Source: a virus
Direction: 5' to 3' (one strand)
DNA: 39,286 nt
Virus record (IMG/VR): IMGVR_UViG_3300014957_000001
This document shows, piece after piece, positions 15,930 through 23,047 of the stretch. The notes beneath the pieces were generated by a model that made no database searches, was not told where the DNA came from, and saw only the letters and a program-made list of their open reading frames with translations. The translations under genes and the position numbers were made by a program. Numbering within the stretch: position 1 is the stretch's first letter; every line of letters starts with the position of its first letter.

Positions 15930-16157
15930 ATGAACTCAACAGAAGCAAGGAAAGTAAAAGTCGGTGATTTAATAGTACCAGACAACGTTTGGAATAGATC
16001 AGAGCGAGTAAACAAACTGGCAACTCCGACAGAAGTGCTTGGTGTTAAGGAGGCAGTTTGCGAAACGGGAATATTATTTAGGGTTAGGTATCTATCAGGA
16101 ACAGAGGCGTGGCTATCTGCGGGGTGGTTCATGCCACCAAATAAGGAGAATAAATAA
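15930..16157 (+). CDS. Hypothetical protein (75 aa)
   Basis: ORF in operon context. Confidence 0.6.
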   Translation: MNSTEARKVKVGDLIVPDNVWNRSERVNKLATPTEVLGVKEAVCETGILFRVRYLSGTEAWLSAGWFMPPNKENK

Positions 16158-16252
16158 TGAGATTATATTTAGGCACTCATAATTGGGGATGGAAGATGTA
16201 CGGCATAGGATTTAAGAGCAAATGGTTTTTTGGTTTTTCAATTAGAAGATAG
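16157..16252 (+). CDS. Possible micro-ORF, 31 aa (MRLYLGTHNWGWKMYGIGFKSKWFFGFSIRR)
   Basis: TAATG overlap with the upstream stop. Fills the gap before ssb. No SD. Confidence 0.3.
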   Translation: MRLYLGTHNWGWKMYGIGFKSKWFFGFSIRR

Positions 16253-16261
16253 GAGAATTAA

Positions 16262-16708
16262 ATGTCAAATGATTTAAACCGTTGTGAATTTATAGGCAGG
16301 CTTGGCAAAGATGTTGAAACACGATACATGACAGATGGAAAAGCTGTTGCAAACTTTAGCATTGCAGTCGGCAGCTCATGGAAATCTAAAGATGGAGAAA
16401 AGCAAGAATCTACTGAGTGGATTAACCTTGTCGCTTATGACAAATTAGCTGAAATTTGCAGTAAATATCTTACCAAAGGTTCACAGGTATTCGTTAGCGG
16501 AAAGATGAAAACCCGAAAATGGCAGGATAAAGAAGGCAAGGATAGGTACACAACAGAGATCATCTTTAATGAAATGCAGATGTTGGGTGGCAAAGGTGAA
16601 GGCTCAGCGGCTGCACAGCAAGCGCCTGCCGAACAAAAGCCAGAAACATCAGGGAATACGGGCAGTGGGCAGGGGTTCAATGACCTCACGGACGACATCC
16701 CGTTCTAA
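16262..16708 (+). CDS. ssb: Single-stranded DNA-binding protein
   Basis: OB-fold N-terminus (NRCEFIGRLGKDVETRY...WINLVAYDKLAE), a Gly/Gln-rich linker, and the acidic tail DDIPF. Confidence 0.95.
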   Translation: MSNDLNRCEFIGRLGKDVETRYMTDGKAVANFSIAVGSSWKSKDGEKQESTEWINLVAYDKLAEICSKYLTKGSQVFVSGKMKTRKWQDKEGKDRYTTEIIFNEMQMLGGKGEGSAAAQQAPAEQKPETSGNTGSGQGFNDLTDDIPF

Positions 16709-16731
16709 GGACTGCGGGGAAAGGATAAATT

Positions 16732-17172
16732 ATGATAATCAAAATTAAAAAGTTACATGAACGCGCAATGATTCCAACATTCGCAACCGAGGGGGCTGCC
16801 TGTTTTGATTTATATGCGATGGTTGAGGACAGCAAAAAAGTATCAATATACAAACATAGTCCAGCCATTATTAGAACTGGATTATCTTTTGAAATCCCCA
16901 AAGGACACGCAATGATGATCTATTCCCGTAGTGGGCATGGGTTTAAAAATGATGTGCGATTATCTAATTGTGTTGGAGTTATTGATAGTGATTACAGAGG
17001 AGAGGTAAAAGTTAAACTTGCTTCTGATGGTGGTGGATTTGGCGTATCTCACGGCGACCGCATTGCTCAGGCAATGATTATTCCAGTGCCAGCAATTGAA
17101 GGCTTCCTTGTATCTAATGAGCTATCAGAAACAGAACGCGGTGATGGTGGATTTGGCTCAACAGGCAGTTAA
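16732..17172 (+). CDS. dut: dUTP pyrophosphatase
   Basis: Motifs AACFDLYA, SRSG, GVIDSDYRGE, GDRIAQ, RGDGGFGSTG. Confidence 0.95.
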   Translation: MIIKIKKLHERAMIPTFATEGAACFDLYAMVEDSKKVSIYKHSPAIIRTGLSFEIPKGHAMMIYSRSGHGFKNDVRLSNCVGVIDSDYRGEVKVKLASDGGGFGVSHGDRIAQAMIIPVPAIEGFLVSNELSETERGDGGFGSTGS

Positions 17173-17190
17173 TAATAAAGGATTACTAAA

Positions 17191-17472
17191 ATGAACTCAT
17201 TAGATGAAAATAATAATAAGCGAAACGCTTATCTTAAAATAATTGATGATTTAACAGATGTTATAAACGCATATGAAGGCCATAACCAGCTTTTTTCATG
17301 TCAAGGGCAAGCAATGGACGGATATTCAGCACTCGCAAATTTCGTTCAAATAGCGAAAAAAGCAAGAGAATTAAAAACCGCCATGGTGGATGCAGTAATT
17401 AAACGTGACAGAAAAAATGAAAAACGGAAAAATGAGCAACATAACCATCATCAAATAGGATTTAACGAATGA
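17191..17472 (+). CDS. Hypothetical protein (93 aa)
   Basis: AAAGGA SD, within the operon. Confidence 0.65.
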   Translation: MNSLDENNNKRNAYLKIIDDLTDVINAYEGHNQLFSCQGQAMDGYSALANFVQIAKKARELKTAMVDAVIKRDRKNEKRKNEQHNHHQIGFNE

Positions 17473-17852
17473 AAAAGCCAATAGCGATGCATGAGCAATA
17501 CCGTAAAGTGTTGGAACAGTTCTACCCGACAACACACATTGATGTTATGGCTGAAATGCTTAACCTTGAGCAAAGCCAAATACACCGGATGGCATTTAAG
17601 TGCAAGATTAAGAAGGCAGAAGGATTTAAACGTAGTAAGAAGCCAAGAGTGCCAGCAAAGACCAAGAAATATGCTGATTTAAGCAATCAACTTTCCAAAT
17701 TTGTTGAATTATTTGAAGTGCATGTGACTGCTTTAAAAGATAGTGGATATGCAAGTTTAGCGACAATAGCTGAAACTATATTAACAGAATGCTATAAGAC
17801 AGATAAGTTGCCAAAACTTGAGTATTTGAAGCGTCATGTGGTTATCACCTAA
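17469..17852 (+). CDS. Hypothetical protein (127 aa), possible HTH near the N-terminus
   Basis: ATGA coupling. MAEMLNLEQSQIHRMAFKCKIKK looks HTH-like. Confidence 0.6.
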   Translation: MKKPIAMHEQYRKVLEQFYPTTHIDVMAEMLNLEQSQIHRMAFKCKIKKAEGFKRSKKPRVPAKTKKYADLSNQLSKFVELFEVHVTALKDSGYASLATIAETILTECYKTDKLPKLEYLKRHVVIT

Positions 17853-17861
17853 GGAGTATAT

Positions 17862-18044
17862 ATGCCAGACATTTCAATGTGCCTGAATAAACAGTGCGAA
17901 AGCAGAACAACTTGCTACCGCTTTACAGCAATTCCTAGTGAGTATCGGCAGTCGTATTCAGACTTCCAGCCAGCAGATGGTGAAGATAAATGTAGAGAGT
18001 ATATGCCGATTAGCGTAACGAAAGGAGATAACGATGAGATTTGA
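17862..18044 (+). CDS. Small Cys-rich protein (60 aa, MPDISMCLNKQCESRTTCYRF...)
   Basis: AAGGAG SD. Confidence 0.6.
   Translation: MPDISMCLNKQCESRTTCYRFTAIPSEYRQSYSDFQPADGEDKCREYMPISVTKGDNDEI
18004..18036. repeat. 33-bp gene-junction repeat, copy 1 (TGCCGATTAGCGTAACGAAAGGAGATAACGATG)
   Basis: 32/33 identical to 18329-18361. Each copy carries the SD and ATG of the next gene. Confidence 0.85.
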
Positions 18045-18243
18045 AAATAACAGGGTATTTATTGTGCGATCCAAAAATAAAACAAGTTTGTTTATTGCTG
18101 ACCGACCGGGGGTTTATAAGGGGCGGCCAAACATAGAATGGGATCGTGTGCTATCAGATAATGAATGCCTTTCTTTACTTGAGAACCCGTGGTGTATATT
18201 TAAAAAGCCAAATATAAAACGACTTGCTCCGCAAAAAATATAA
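18034..18243 (+). CDS. Hypothetical protein (69 aa)
   Basis: SD AAAGGAG inside the junction repeat. Confidence 0.6.
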   Translation: MRFENNRVFIVRSKNKTSLFIADRPGVYKGRPNIEWDRVLSDNECLSLLENPWCIFKKPNIKRLAPQKI

Positions 18244-18253
18244 AGAAGCAACC

Positions 18254-18343
18254 ATGCCAGACGACCTAATTTGTGAAAAATGCAGTGACAATGATTGTGA
18301 ATTCTGCAAGGACAGGCCAGAGAGCATGTGCCGATTAGCGTAA
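18254..18343 (+). CDS. Micro-ORF, 29 aa (MPDDLICEKCSDNDCEFCKDRPESMCRLA), possible truncated paralogue of 17862-18044
   Basis: Same MPD...C...C start as 17862-18044. Ends inside junction-repeat copy 2. Below the track cutoff. Confidence 0.4.
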   Translation: MPDDLICEKCSDNDCEFCKDRPESMCRLA

Positions 18344-18361
18344 CGAAAGGAGCTAACGATG
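18329..18361. repeat. 33-bp gene-junction repeat, copy 2
   Basis: See 18004-18036. Confidence 0.85.
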
Positions 18362-18685
18362 TCAAAAATACCTAACCTTCCCTCAATCGAATTTGAGGTG
18401 ATCGACCAATACGGAGGAATGCACCGCTTTAACCGCTCGCATGGATACACATGGGAGTTCAGACTAGAACACGGTTCTATTGACAAGATAGGGAATGAGT
18501 TTCTTGATGTCTACAAGCATTTCGAAGATGGCGACGAAGGGGGCGAAGGTCGGGAACTGTTCGCGACTTTTCCGAACCCTGCGAAAGTTGGTGAAGTGGA
18601 TGATAATACCTGTCTGACAATGCCCCTGCGGGAGAAGCAATTGGAACAATGTCCACGCTGCGGGTTTATTAACAACGGGGGATAA
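18359..18685 (+). CDS. Hypothetical protein (108 aa)
   Basis: SD in the junction repeat. G+C-richer. C-terminal CPRCG. Confidence 0.65.
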   Translation: MSKIPNLPSIEFEVIDQYGGMHRFNRSHGYTWEFRLEHGSIDKIGNEFLDVYKHFEDGDEGGEGRELFATFPNPAKVGEVDDNTCLTMPLREKQLEQCPRCGFINNGG

Positions 18686-18713
18686 TGATGGGTAATAAAT
18701 GGCAAGTTGAAGT

Positions 18714-19433
18714 TTGGATATGTGGCGCGGAGAACAACGTGGTCACCGTCTTTTTGACGGGCCTGCTGAAAACTACTCAATCCAAGAGCAGCCAGTGCCT
18801 AAAGGGGTAAGTTATGAACAGATGGCTAACGCTGAGAAACAAGGATTGCGGATAGGTCGTAGTGTTAAGGATATGTCCCATTCCATCCCCACCCAACCAA
18901 TACCAAAGGAGCTATTAGAAATGGAAGAAGAACCGGACATTGAGCCAGGGTCACTGTTGTACTCGCTCAAATGGGTACAACCAGATGGGAGCGTGGGTTT
19001 CTCAAGGCCGAGGGTGCGCCCGAAGAGTCTTGAAATAGACCAGCGAGAATTATCCGGCGAGGCCGGTGTGGAGGCAGTAAAGGTTCAGAACGCGGAAGAA
19101 CCAAAGAAAGACATCCTGATCCATCACATACCTGAGCGCAAACTCTGGTTGGCTCAACGTGAGGCAGGCACGAATGAGCAGTGGCGGGAAATTAATAGAT
19201 TCGGAGTTATAATTGATATCCCAGTAGAAAAAGAACCGGAGTGGAATAAGGACGCTGAATATCATCCTATGTTCGTGTTAAAGCCAAAGACGGTTAAGTA
19301 TTATTTTTGTCTGTGTCGCAGAAAAAACGGCGGTATTGTTACGATGTCGAGAACTTGCAAGGACAGATTAAAGTATGCCGTAGGGGATGCAACCATCATC
19401 GGCAACATAGAAGAGCGTGACGTGGAGGTTTAA
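18714..19433 (+). CDS. Hypothetical protein (about 239 aa, start uncertain)
   Basis: Long open frame with coding-like composition. The TTG 18714 / ATG 18720 starts have no clear SD. Confidence 0.55.
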   Translation: MDMWRGEQRGHRLFDGPAENYSIQEQPVPKGVSYEQMANAEKQGLRIGRSVKDMSHSIPTQPIPKELLEMEEEPDIEPGSLLYSLKWVQPDGSVGFSRPRVRPKSLEIDQRELSGEAGVEAVKVQNAEEPKKDILIHHIPERKLWLAQREAGTNEQWREINRFGVIIDIPVEKEPEWNKDAEYHPMFVLKPKTVKYYFCLCRRKNGGIVTMSRTCKDRLKYAVGDATIIGNIEERDVEV

Positions 19434-19435
19434 CT

Positions 19436-19807
19436 ATGAGCTTTACCATAACAGAAACAGGCAAAGTTTTAACTGAAACAGAACAAGGCATCACCATGCC
19501 AGCGGATTACAGTTTTGCCACTGTTAATAGCTTCGTACATGGCATTGATGTACATTTTGAGGATTTAGTTAATCTTTGCCTTGGGATGGCTGATCATATA
19601 GATAAGATGAAAGTAAACATGGGAACATACTTAGATTTAGACGATGTTGTGGCCGGAAACACGCTGGCTATGAAGGAGTTGGCGGAACTGCGAAAGGAAA
19701 ATAGCGAATTGGCAGATGAAATTCGACGATTAAAGCGCGGTGAATTTATTTGCAGCAAATGCGGCCTTCGGAAAGATTCAGAACGAAGGGAAGGATATGA
19801 CTTTTAA
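19436..19807 (+). CDS. Hypothetical coiled-coil protein (123 aa) with a C-terminal CSKCG
   Basis: ATG lies 2 nt after the upstream stop. Confidence 0.65.
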   Translation: MSFTITETGKVLTETEQGITMPADYSFATVNSFVHGIDVHFEDLVNLCLGMADHIDKMKVNMGTYLDLDDVVAGNTLAMKELAELRKENSELADEIRRLKRGEFICSKCGLRKDSERREGYDF

Positions 19808-19815
19808 TAAAAAAA

Positions 19816-19854
19816 CCCCCGATGGTGCGCTGATCTAACGGGTAGCGTTGGGGG
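19816..19854. terminator. Hairpin after the rightward block; possible bidirectional terminator
   Basis: CCCCC (19816-20) pairs with GGGGG (19850-54), with an inner GCGCT/AGCGT stem. An A7 run lies upstream (T7 on the minus strand) and TGTTGTTG lies downstream. The large loop weakens the call. Confidence 0.4.
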
Positions 19855-19892
19855 TGTTGTTGAGTGATTATACTATAAGTTATATAAATAAA

Positions 19893-20159
19893 ATGACAGA
19901 ACAAGATATTAATACATTACTTGATGATTTGTGCAAATCAATGTTGATTAAGTATAACGAGCATGTACGTGAGCATTACTATGAGCCCGCGATGGTAATA
20001 ATTTTTTCACCTGATGGATATAGCAAGGCACGTTCCTGCAAAGAAGCTATTACGAGATTCTCATGCAGAAAGGATAATATTCAAATTGTGAACGGGTATC
20101 CTTTTTTAATTACACACGAACAAAAAGAAGATTTTCTTGTTATAGTTATGGATAGTTAA
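19893..20159 (+). CDS. A+T-rich orphan protein (88 aa from MTEQDINTLLDD...), moron-like
   Basis: The ORF sits between two hairpin regions. The 19848 TTG start lies inside the hairpin. No SD at 19893. Confidence 0.5.
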   Translation: MTEQDINTLLDDLCKSMLIKYNEHVREHYYEPAMVIIFSPDGYSKARSCKEAITRFSCRKDNIQIVNGYPFLITHEQKEDFLVIVMDS

Positions 20160-20291
20160 CACGTACAAAGATAATCTATCTGGCATATGTAGCTGTTGCC
20201 TACCGTTATTTGGCAATGGAGTGAATAAGCAAGAAGCTGGCCTTGTTAATATGCCGAAGCCAGCACTTTACTTAATTTAACAGGAGGAATC

Positions 20292-20567
20292 ATGCGTAAT
20301 TTATTAGCTCTATTTGTTCTTGCGTTAGCTTTTCAACATGCTCACGCGGCATTGGAAATATACGACCCTGCAACAGGGAAATATCTTGGAAATCTAAACG
20401 GAAATCAGTATGACCCGAACTCTGTTAACAATCCGTATGGGCAGTATGGTTCGCGTTATAGCCCTGACAGTATCAATAACCCATATGGTCAGTACGGTTC
20501 GAGATATAGCCCTGATAGCCCGAATAATCCTTATGCCGCGCCTTCGATAAGGTATGATAGGCGATAA
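20292..20567 (+). CDS. Secreted repeat protein (signal peptide plus 2.3 copies of NNPYGQYGSRYSPDS)
   Basis: AGGAGG SD. MRNLLALFVLALAFQHAHA/A looks like a signal peptide. There are two 48-bp repeats at 20427-20474 and 20475-20522. Confidence 0.8.
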   Translation: MRNLLALFVLALAFQHAHAALEIYDPATGKYLGNLNGNQYDPNSVNNPYGQYGSRYSPDSINNPYGQYGSRYSPDSPNNPYAAPSIRYDRR

Positions 20568-20569
20568 AA

Positions 20570-20599
20570 AAGCCGATAGCGTTCTAGCACCATCGGCTT
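20570..20599. terminator. Hairpin terminator candidate (8-bp stem AAGCCGAT/ATCGGCTT)
   Basis: Lies immediately after the stop at 20567. The A-run upstream gives a T-run on the minus strand, so it is plausibly bidirectional. Confidence 0.45.
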
Positions 20600-20603
20600 C
20601 TAT

Positions 20604-20630
20604 GACAGGGTGGTGAGAGCACCCTCTGTC
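20604..20630. other. Second stem-loop (GACA-GGGTG / CACCC-tc-TGTC)
   Basis: A 9-bp interrupted stem with a 7-nt loop and no U-tract. Confidence 0.4.
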
Positions 20631-20702
20631 ACTTACAACTAGTCTTCACCAGACGCTTGAATAGTACTATGTTTTGCTGGTGTATGCAACATGCATTACA
20701 AT

Positions 20703-20776
20703 GAGTCGTTAGTGTAACGGTAACACGCCGATCTCCAAAATCGGTAATGAGAGTTCGATTCTCCCACGATTCGCCA
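20703..20776 (+). tRNA. tRNA-Trp: tRNA-Trp (anticodon CCA), CCA end encoded
   Basis: Manual fold. The 7-bp acceptor stem GAGTCGT/ACGATTC has one G-U pair. The D stem is GTGT/ACAC with a GG loop. The anticodon stem is CCGAT/ATCGG with loop cuCCAaa. The T arm is GAGAG-TTCGATT-CTCCC with one A-C mismatch. Discriminator G is followed by CCA. Length 74 nt. Confidence 0.85.
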
Positions 20777-20899
20777 GTACCAAGACGCATGAGAATTCTT
20801 CGCGAGTGAGCACCCGGATCGCGACCAAGAAATTAGCGGGAATTCTCAGCCGTGTTGGTGAATGCGTAGGCCGAGTTGTAAAGAATTGCTTGACAACTG

Positions 20900-21304
20900 C
20901 TACGGAGTCTCAAGCACAACAGGCTCACTCTCCGACATTGCAGCAGTAGCTCCAAACATTCTGAGCGCAATATAATGTGCTTGCGCTCTAGGATGTGGCA
21001 TTCCATCTTCAATACAAACTCTGCGATAAGCACTATCTGCCTGCTCACGATAAGACATATCAACATACCCTTGTCTGATTAGCTGATAGTAAGCATCGTG
21101 TATTAGAGACGCTCTCATGCTGTCTTGTGTTTGAATGGCTGGCCCACTTGCGCCGTCCCAAGAGTATCCAGATCGGATGGTTAAATCGCCGTTGTCATCA
21201 AGCGCAATGTACTCAGTATCAACTAACGGCTTGATTGGTAAAACATCACCGTGGAAGTATTCATTCTCCACCAGTTGATATTTATAGCCTGATTTGTATT
21301 TCAT
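20900..21304 (-). CDS. DUF1353-like protein, last gene of the late operon
   Basis: SGYSWDGASGP...ASLIHDAYY resembles the DUF1353 signature. ATGA coupling to the lipoprotein gene. Confidence 0.55.
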   Translation of the reverse strand: MKYKSGYKYQLVENEYFHGDVLPIKPLVDTEYIALDDNGDLTIRSGYSWDGASGPAIQTQDSMRASLIHDAYYQLIRQGYVDMSYREQADSAYRRVCIEDGMPHPRAQAHYIALRMFGATAAMSESEPVVLETP

Positions 21305-21558
21305 TTAAACAGTGAATTTATATCAGGATTGCCGCTTGGCAAGCAAGCTGACTTAGCAATTGGCACAAACTCAGGATGCCGTATAACAGCACCAACGGGC
21401 ACAGAACAGATTGCGTTCTCAATAGCTTTGACATAGTTGTCATTCGCAGCTCTCGTATTTGAAATGGCAGTTTCTTCATATCCGGCAATCACTGGATTTA
21501 AAGCACCGCACCCTGTTAGCATTAGAGCAATACAAATCATCCATAATTTCATTCTCAC
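21301..21558 (-). CDS. Lipoprotein (possible o-spanin or exclusion lipoprotein)
   Basis: Signal peptide with lipobox MRMKLWMICIALMLTG/C. Coupled to the upstream membrane protein. Confidence 0.7.
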   Translation of the reverse strand: MRMKLWMICIALMLTGCGALNPVIAGYEETAISNTRAANDNYVKAIENAICSVPVGAVIRHPEFVPIAKSACLPSGNPDINSLFK

Positions 21559-21818
21559 TCCTTTTTTTCTATTGGTTGAGATTGAGCGAGTAAATCAGTT
21601 TTTCTGTTGCTTTCATTGCTTGAGTTAAACCAGTAACCAACTGCCAGCGCAAGGATGCTTAATGAAGCAGTGACAACTTGAGTTCGCAGATCGCTATCCT
21701 TAAAGTCATCAATCATCATTACACCAATCATAATTAGCGATGATATTGTTATAGTTAAAACTGTCAAAATATGTACAAACTTAACATTTTTGATGATTTC
21801 CAGTAGTTTTGCAGTCAT
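21555..21818 (-). CDS. Two-TM membrane protein (holin-, antiholin- or spanin-like)
   Basis: TM segments FVHILTVLTITISSLIMIGVMMI and VVTASLSILALAVGYWF. AGGAG SD. Confidence 0.6.
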   Translation of the reverse strand: MTAKLLEIIKNVKFVHILTVLTITISSLIMIGVMMIDDFKDSDLRTQVVTASLSILALAVGYWFNSSNESNRKTDLLAQSQPIEKKE

Positions 21819-21950
21819 TTTTTACTCCTATCTATTTATTTAAGTTATATGAATGTATGGCTGGTTTTTGCTGATTTTTGATACACATGTACAACAAAGT
21901 AATTTAATCACGTTAAATCGCTGTTAAATCGCTTAATAAATAAGCAATTA

Positions 21951-22424
21951 TCATCTTCCACCCATTGCCATGATAAAAAGTCTGTTGAACCATCCTTTGC
22001 CATATATATCGAAGTTTTTTGTGTCGATATATCTTATTGCACGAAGCGTCATGAACTTTGCACATTCTTTATTGGTTGAGTTTTTTGCAGCAGCTAAAGT
22101 TATCTTTCCGATTTCACCATCAACCTTAACTCCTAGTGCTTCTTGCATCATTTGCCTTGCAGGAACTACTCCTTGATTGACCGCAGCATCGAAAACAAGA
22201 TGGCTTAACGGGTCAGGTAATTCATCACCGGAAACAGCGTCCCAATAATCTGCCCGATAAATTGCTTTAGCTTGGTCGAGAGTTAGATTTTTAATATCTA
22301 CATCAGGGTATGATCGTTGACTAATTCCGAATTTTGTTGCGCCGCCGGGGTCTTTGGGGTCATCAACATATCCACCTTCGACACTAACGACTTTTGCAAA
22401 AGCAAACTCAAAGCTACCCTTCAT
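21951..22424 (-). CDS. Endolysin, GH108-type N-acetylmuramidase with a C-terminal peptidoglycan-binding domain
   Basis: VEGGYVDDPKDPGGATKFGISQ is the GH108 signature. The size (157 aa) and lysis context fit. Confidence 0.85.
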   Translation of the reverse strand: MKGSFEFAFAKVVSVEGGYVDDPKDPGGATKFGISQRSYPDVDIKNLTLDQAKAIYRADYWDAVSGDELPDPLSHLVFDAAVNQGVVPARQMMQEALGVKVDGEIGKITLAAAKNSTNKECAKFMTLRAIRYIDTKNFDIYGKGWFNRLFIMAMGGR

Positions 22425-22687
22425 TAGTATCCCCTCTCGATTAGTCTATCAATTTTCTTATTTAGCTCCTTGATACTTTCTTTCAGTTCTTCCGCCTCTC
22501 TCATGCGTTCTTCTTTAAGATGGGCAATTTCTGTCATGTTGGTTGCAATCGTAGTTTTAATATCTGAAGCCCAGTTGAACACTGCTACTATCGCGCCTAT
22601 CGTAGTGAGTATATGAGCAACATTTATAGTTGTATCAAAAGACCGCTTTCTACGATCAATAGTTAGTTCTTCGTCATGTTCGCTCAT
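22424..22687 (-). CDS. Single-TM membrane protein with a C-terminal coiled coil (putative holin or i-spanin-like)
   Basis: TM segment VAHILTTIGAIVAVFNWA. Its stop overlaps the endolysin start by 1 nt. AAGGTG SD. Confidence 0.6.
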   Translation of the reverse strand: MSEHDEELTIDRRKRSFDTTINVAHILTTIGAIVAVFNWASDIKTTIATNMTEIAHLKEERMREAEELKESIKELNKKIDRLIERGY

Positions 22688-22699
22688 GCATCACCTTTG

Positions 22700-23038
22700 T
22701 TATGGTATTAATGTTGCTCGGAGTGCTTCGATTTGTGAATCAATATCCGCGATAACCTGTGCTGGCGTTTTTGGCGGCCCAGACGGACGCGACATAGGCG
22801 CATTGGGGCGCACAACGAAATGTCGTAGGAGCGACGGTATCTGTGCTTCCAGTACAGAGATCTGCGCTTGAATACTGGAGTTAGTTCTTTCTTTTACTCT
22901 TTCAGGTGAATTAATAACAGACGATACCTCGTTATCAGTAAGGCGTGCCATACCTTTTGCCCAAGCAGGAATATCAGATTCGCTTGCCACTGAACATTGA
23001 TAAAATCCGTCAGTATTATCTTTAAATGCGATTAGCAT
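22700..23038 (-). CDS. Possible tail-fibre assembly/chaperone protein (112 aa)
   Basis: Lies immediately downstream of the fibre gene. Strong SD AAGGAGG. The role is assigned by position only. Confidence 0.4.
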   Translation of the reverse strand: MLIAFKDNTDGFYQCSVASESDIPAWAKGMARLTDNEVSSVINSPERVKERTNSSIQAQISVLEAQIPSLLRHFVVRPNAPMSRPSGPPKTPAQVIADIDSQIEALRATLIP

Positions 23039-23047
23039 GAAACCTCC

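Noticed and set aside
15719-16132. 137-aa minus-strand ORF inside the plus-strand recombination block.
   Set aside because: It overlaps two well-coupled plus-strand genes. It has no SD and a Ser/Pro/Leu-rich shadow composition.
18685-18810. 41-codon coupled frame as an independent gene.
   Set aside because: It has no recognisable features and overlaps the longer frame. It is reported only as part of the start-site ambiguity.
20697-20702. A neat TTGCTG-17-TACAAT promoter immediately upstream of the tRNA.
   Set aside because: The -10 box abuts tRNA position 1, so the predicted start site would fall inside the mature tRNA. The match is probably fortuitous in A+T-rich DNA.
20703-20899. The tRNA plus the downstream GAGAATTC...GAATTCTC / TCGCGA inverted repeats as an attP site of a temperate phage.
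   Set aside because: I found no integrase, excisionase or CI-type repressor anywhere in the closed genome. The tRNA is full-length rather than a 3' fragment. The inverted repeats remain unexplained.
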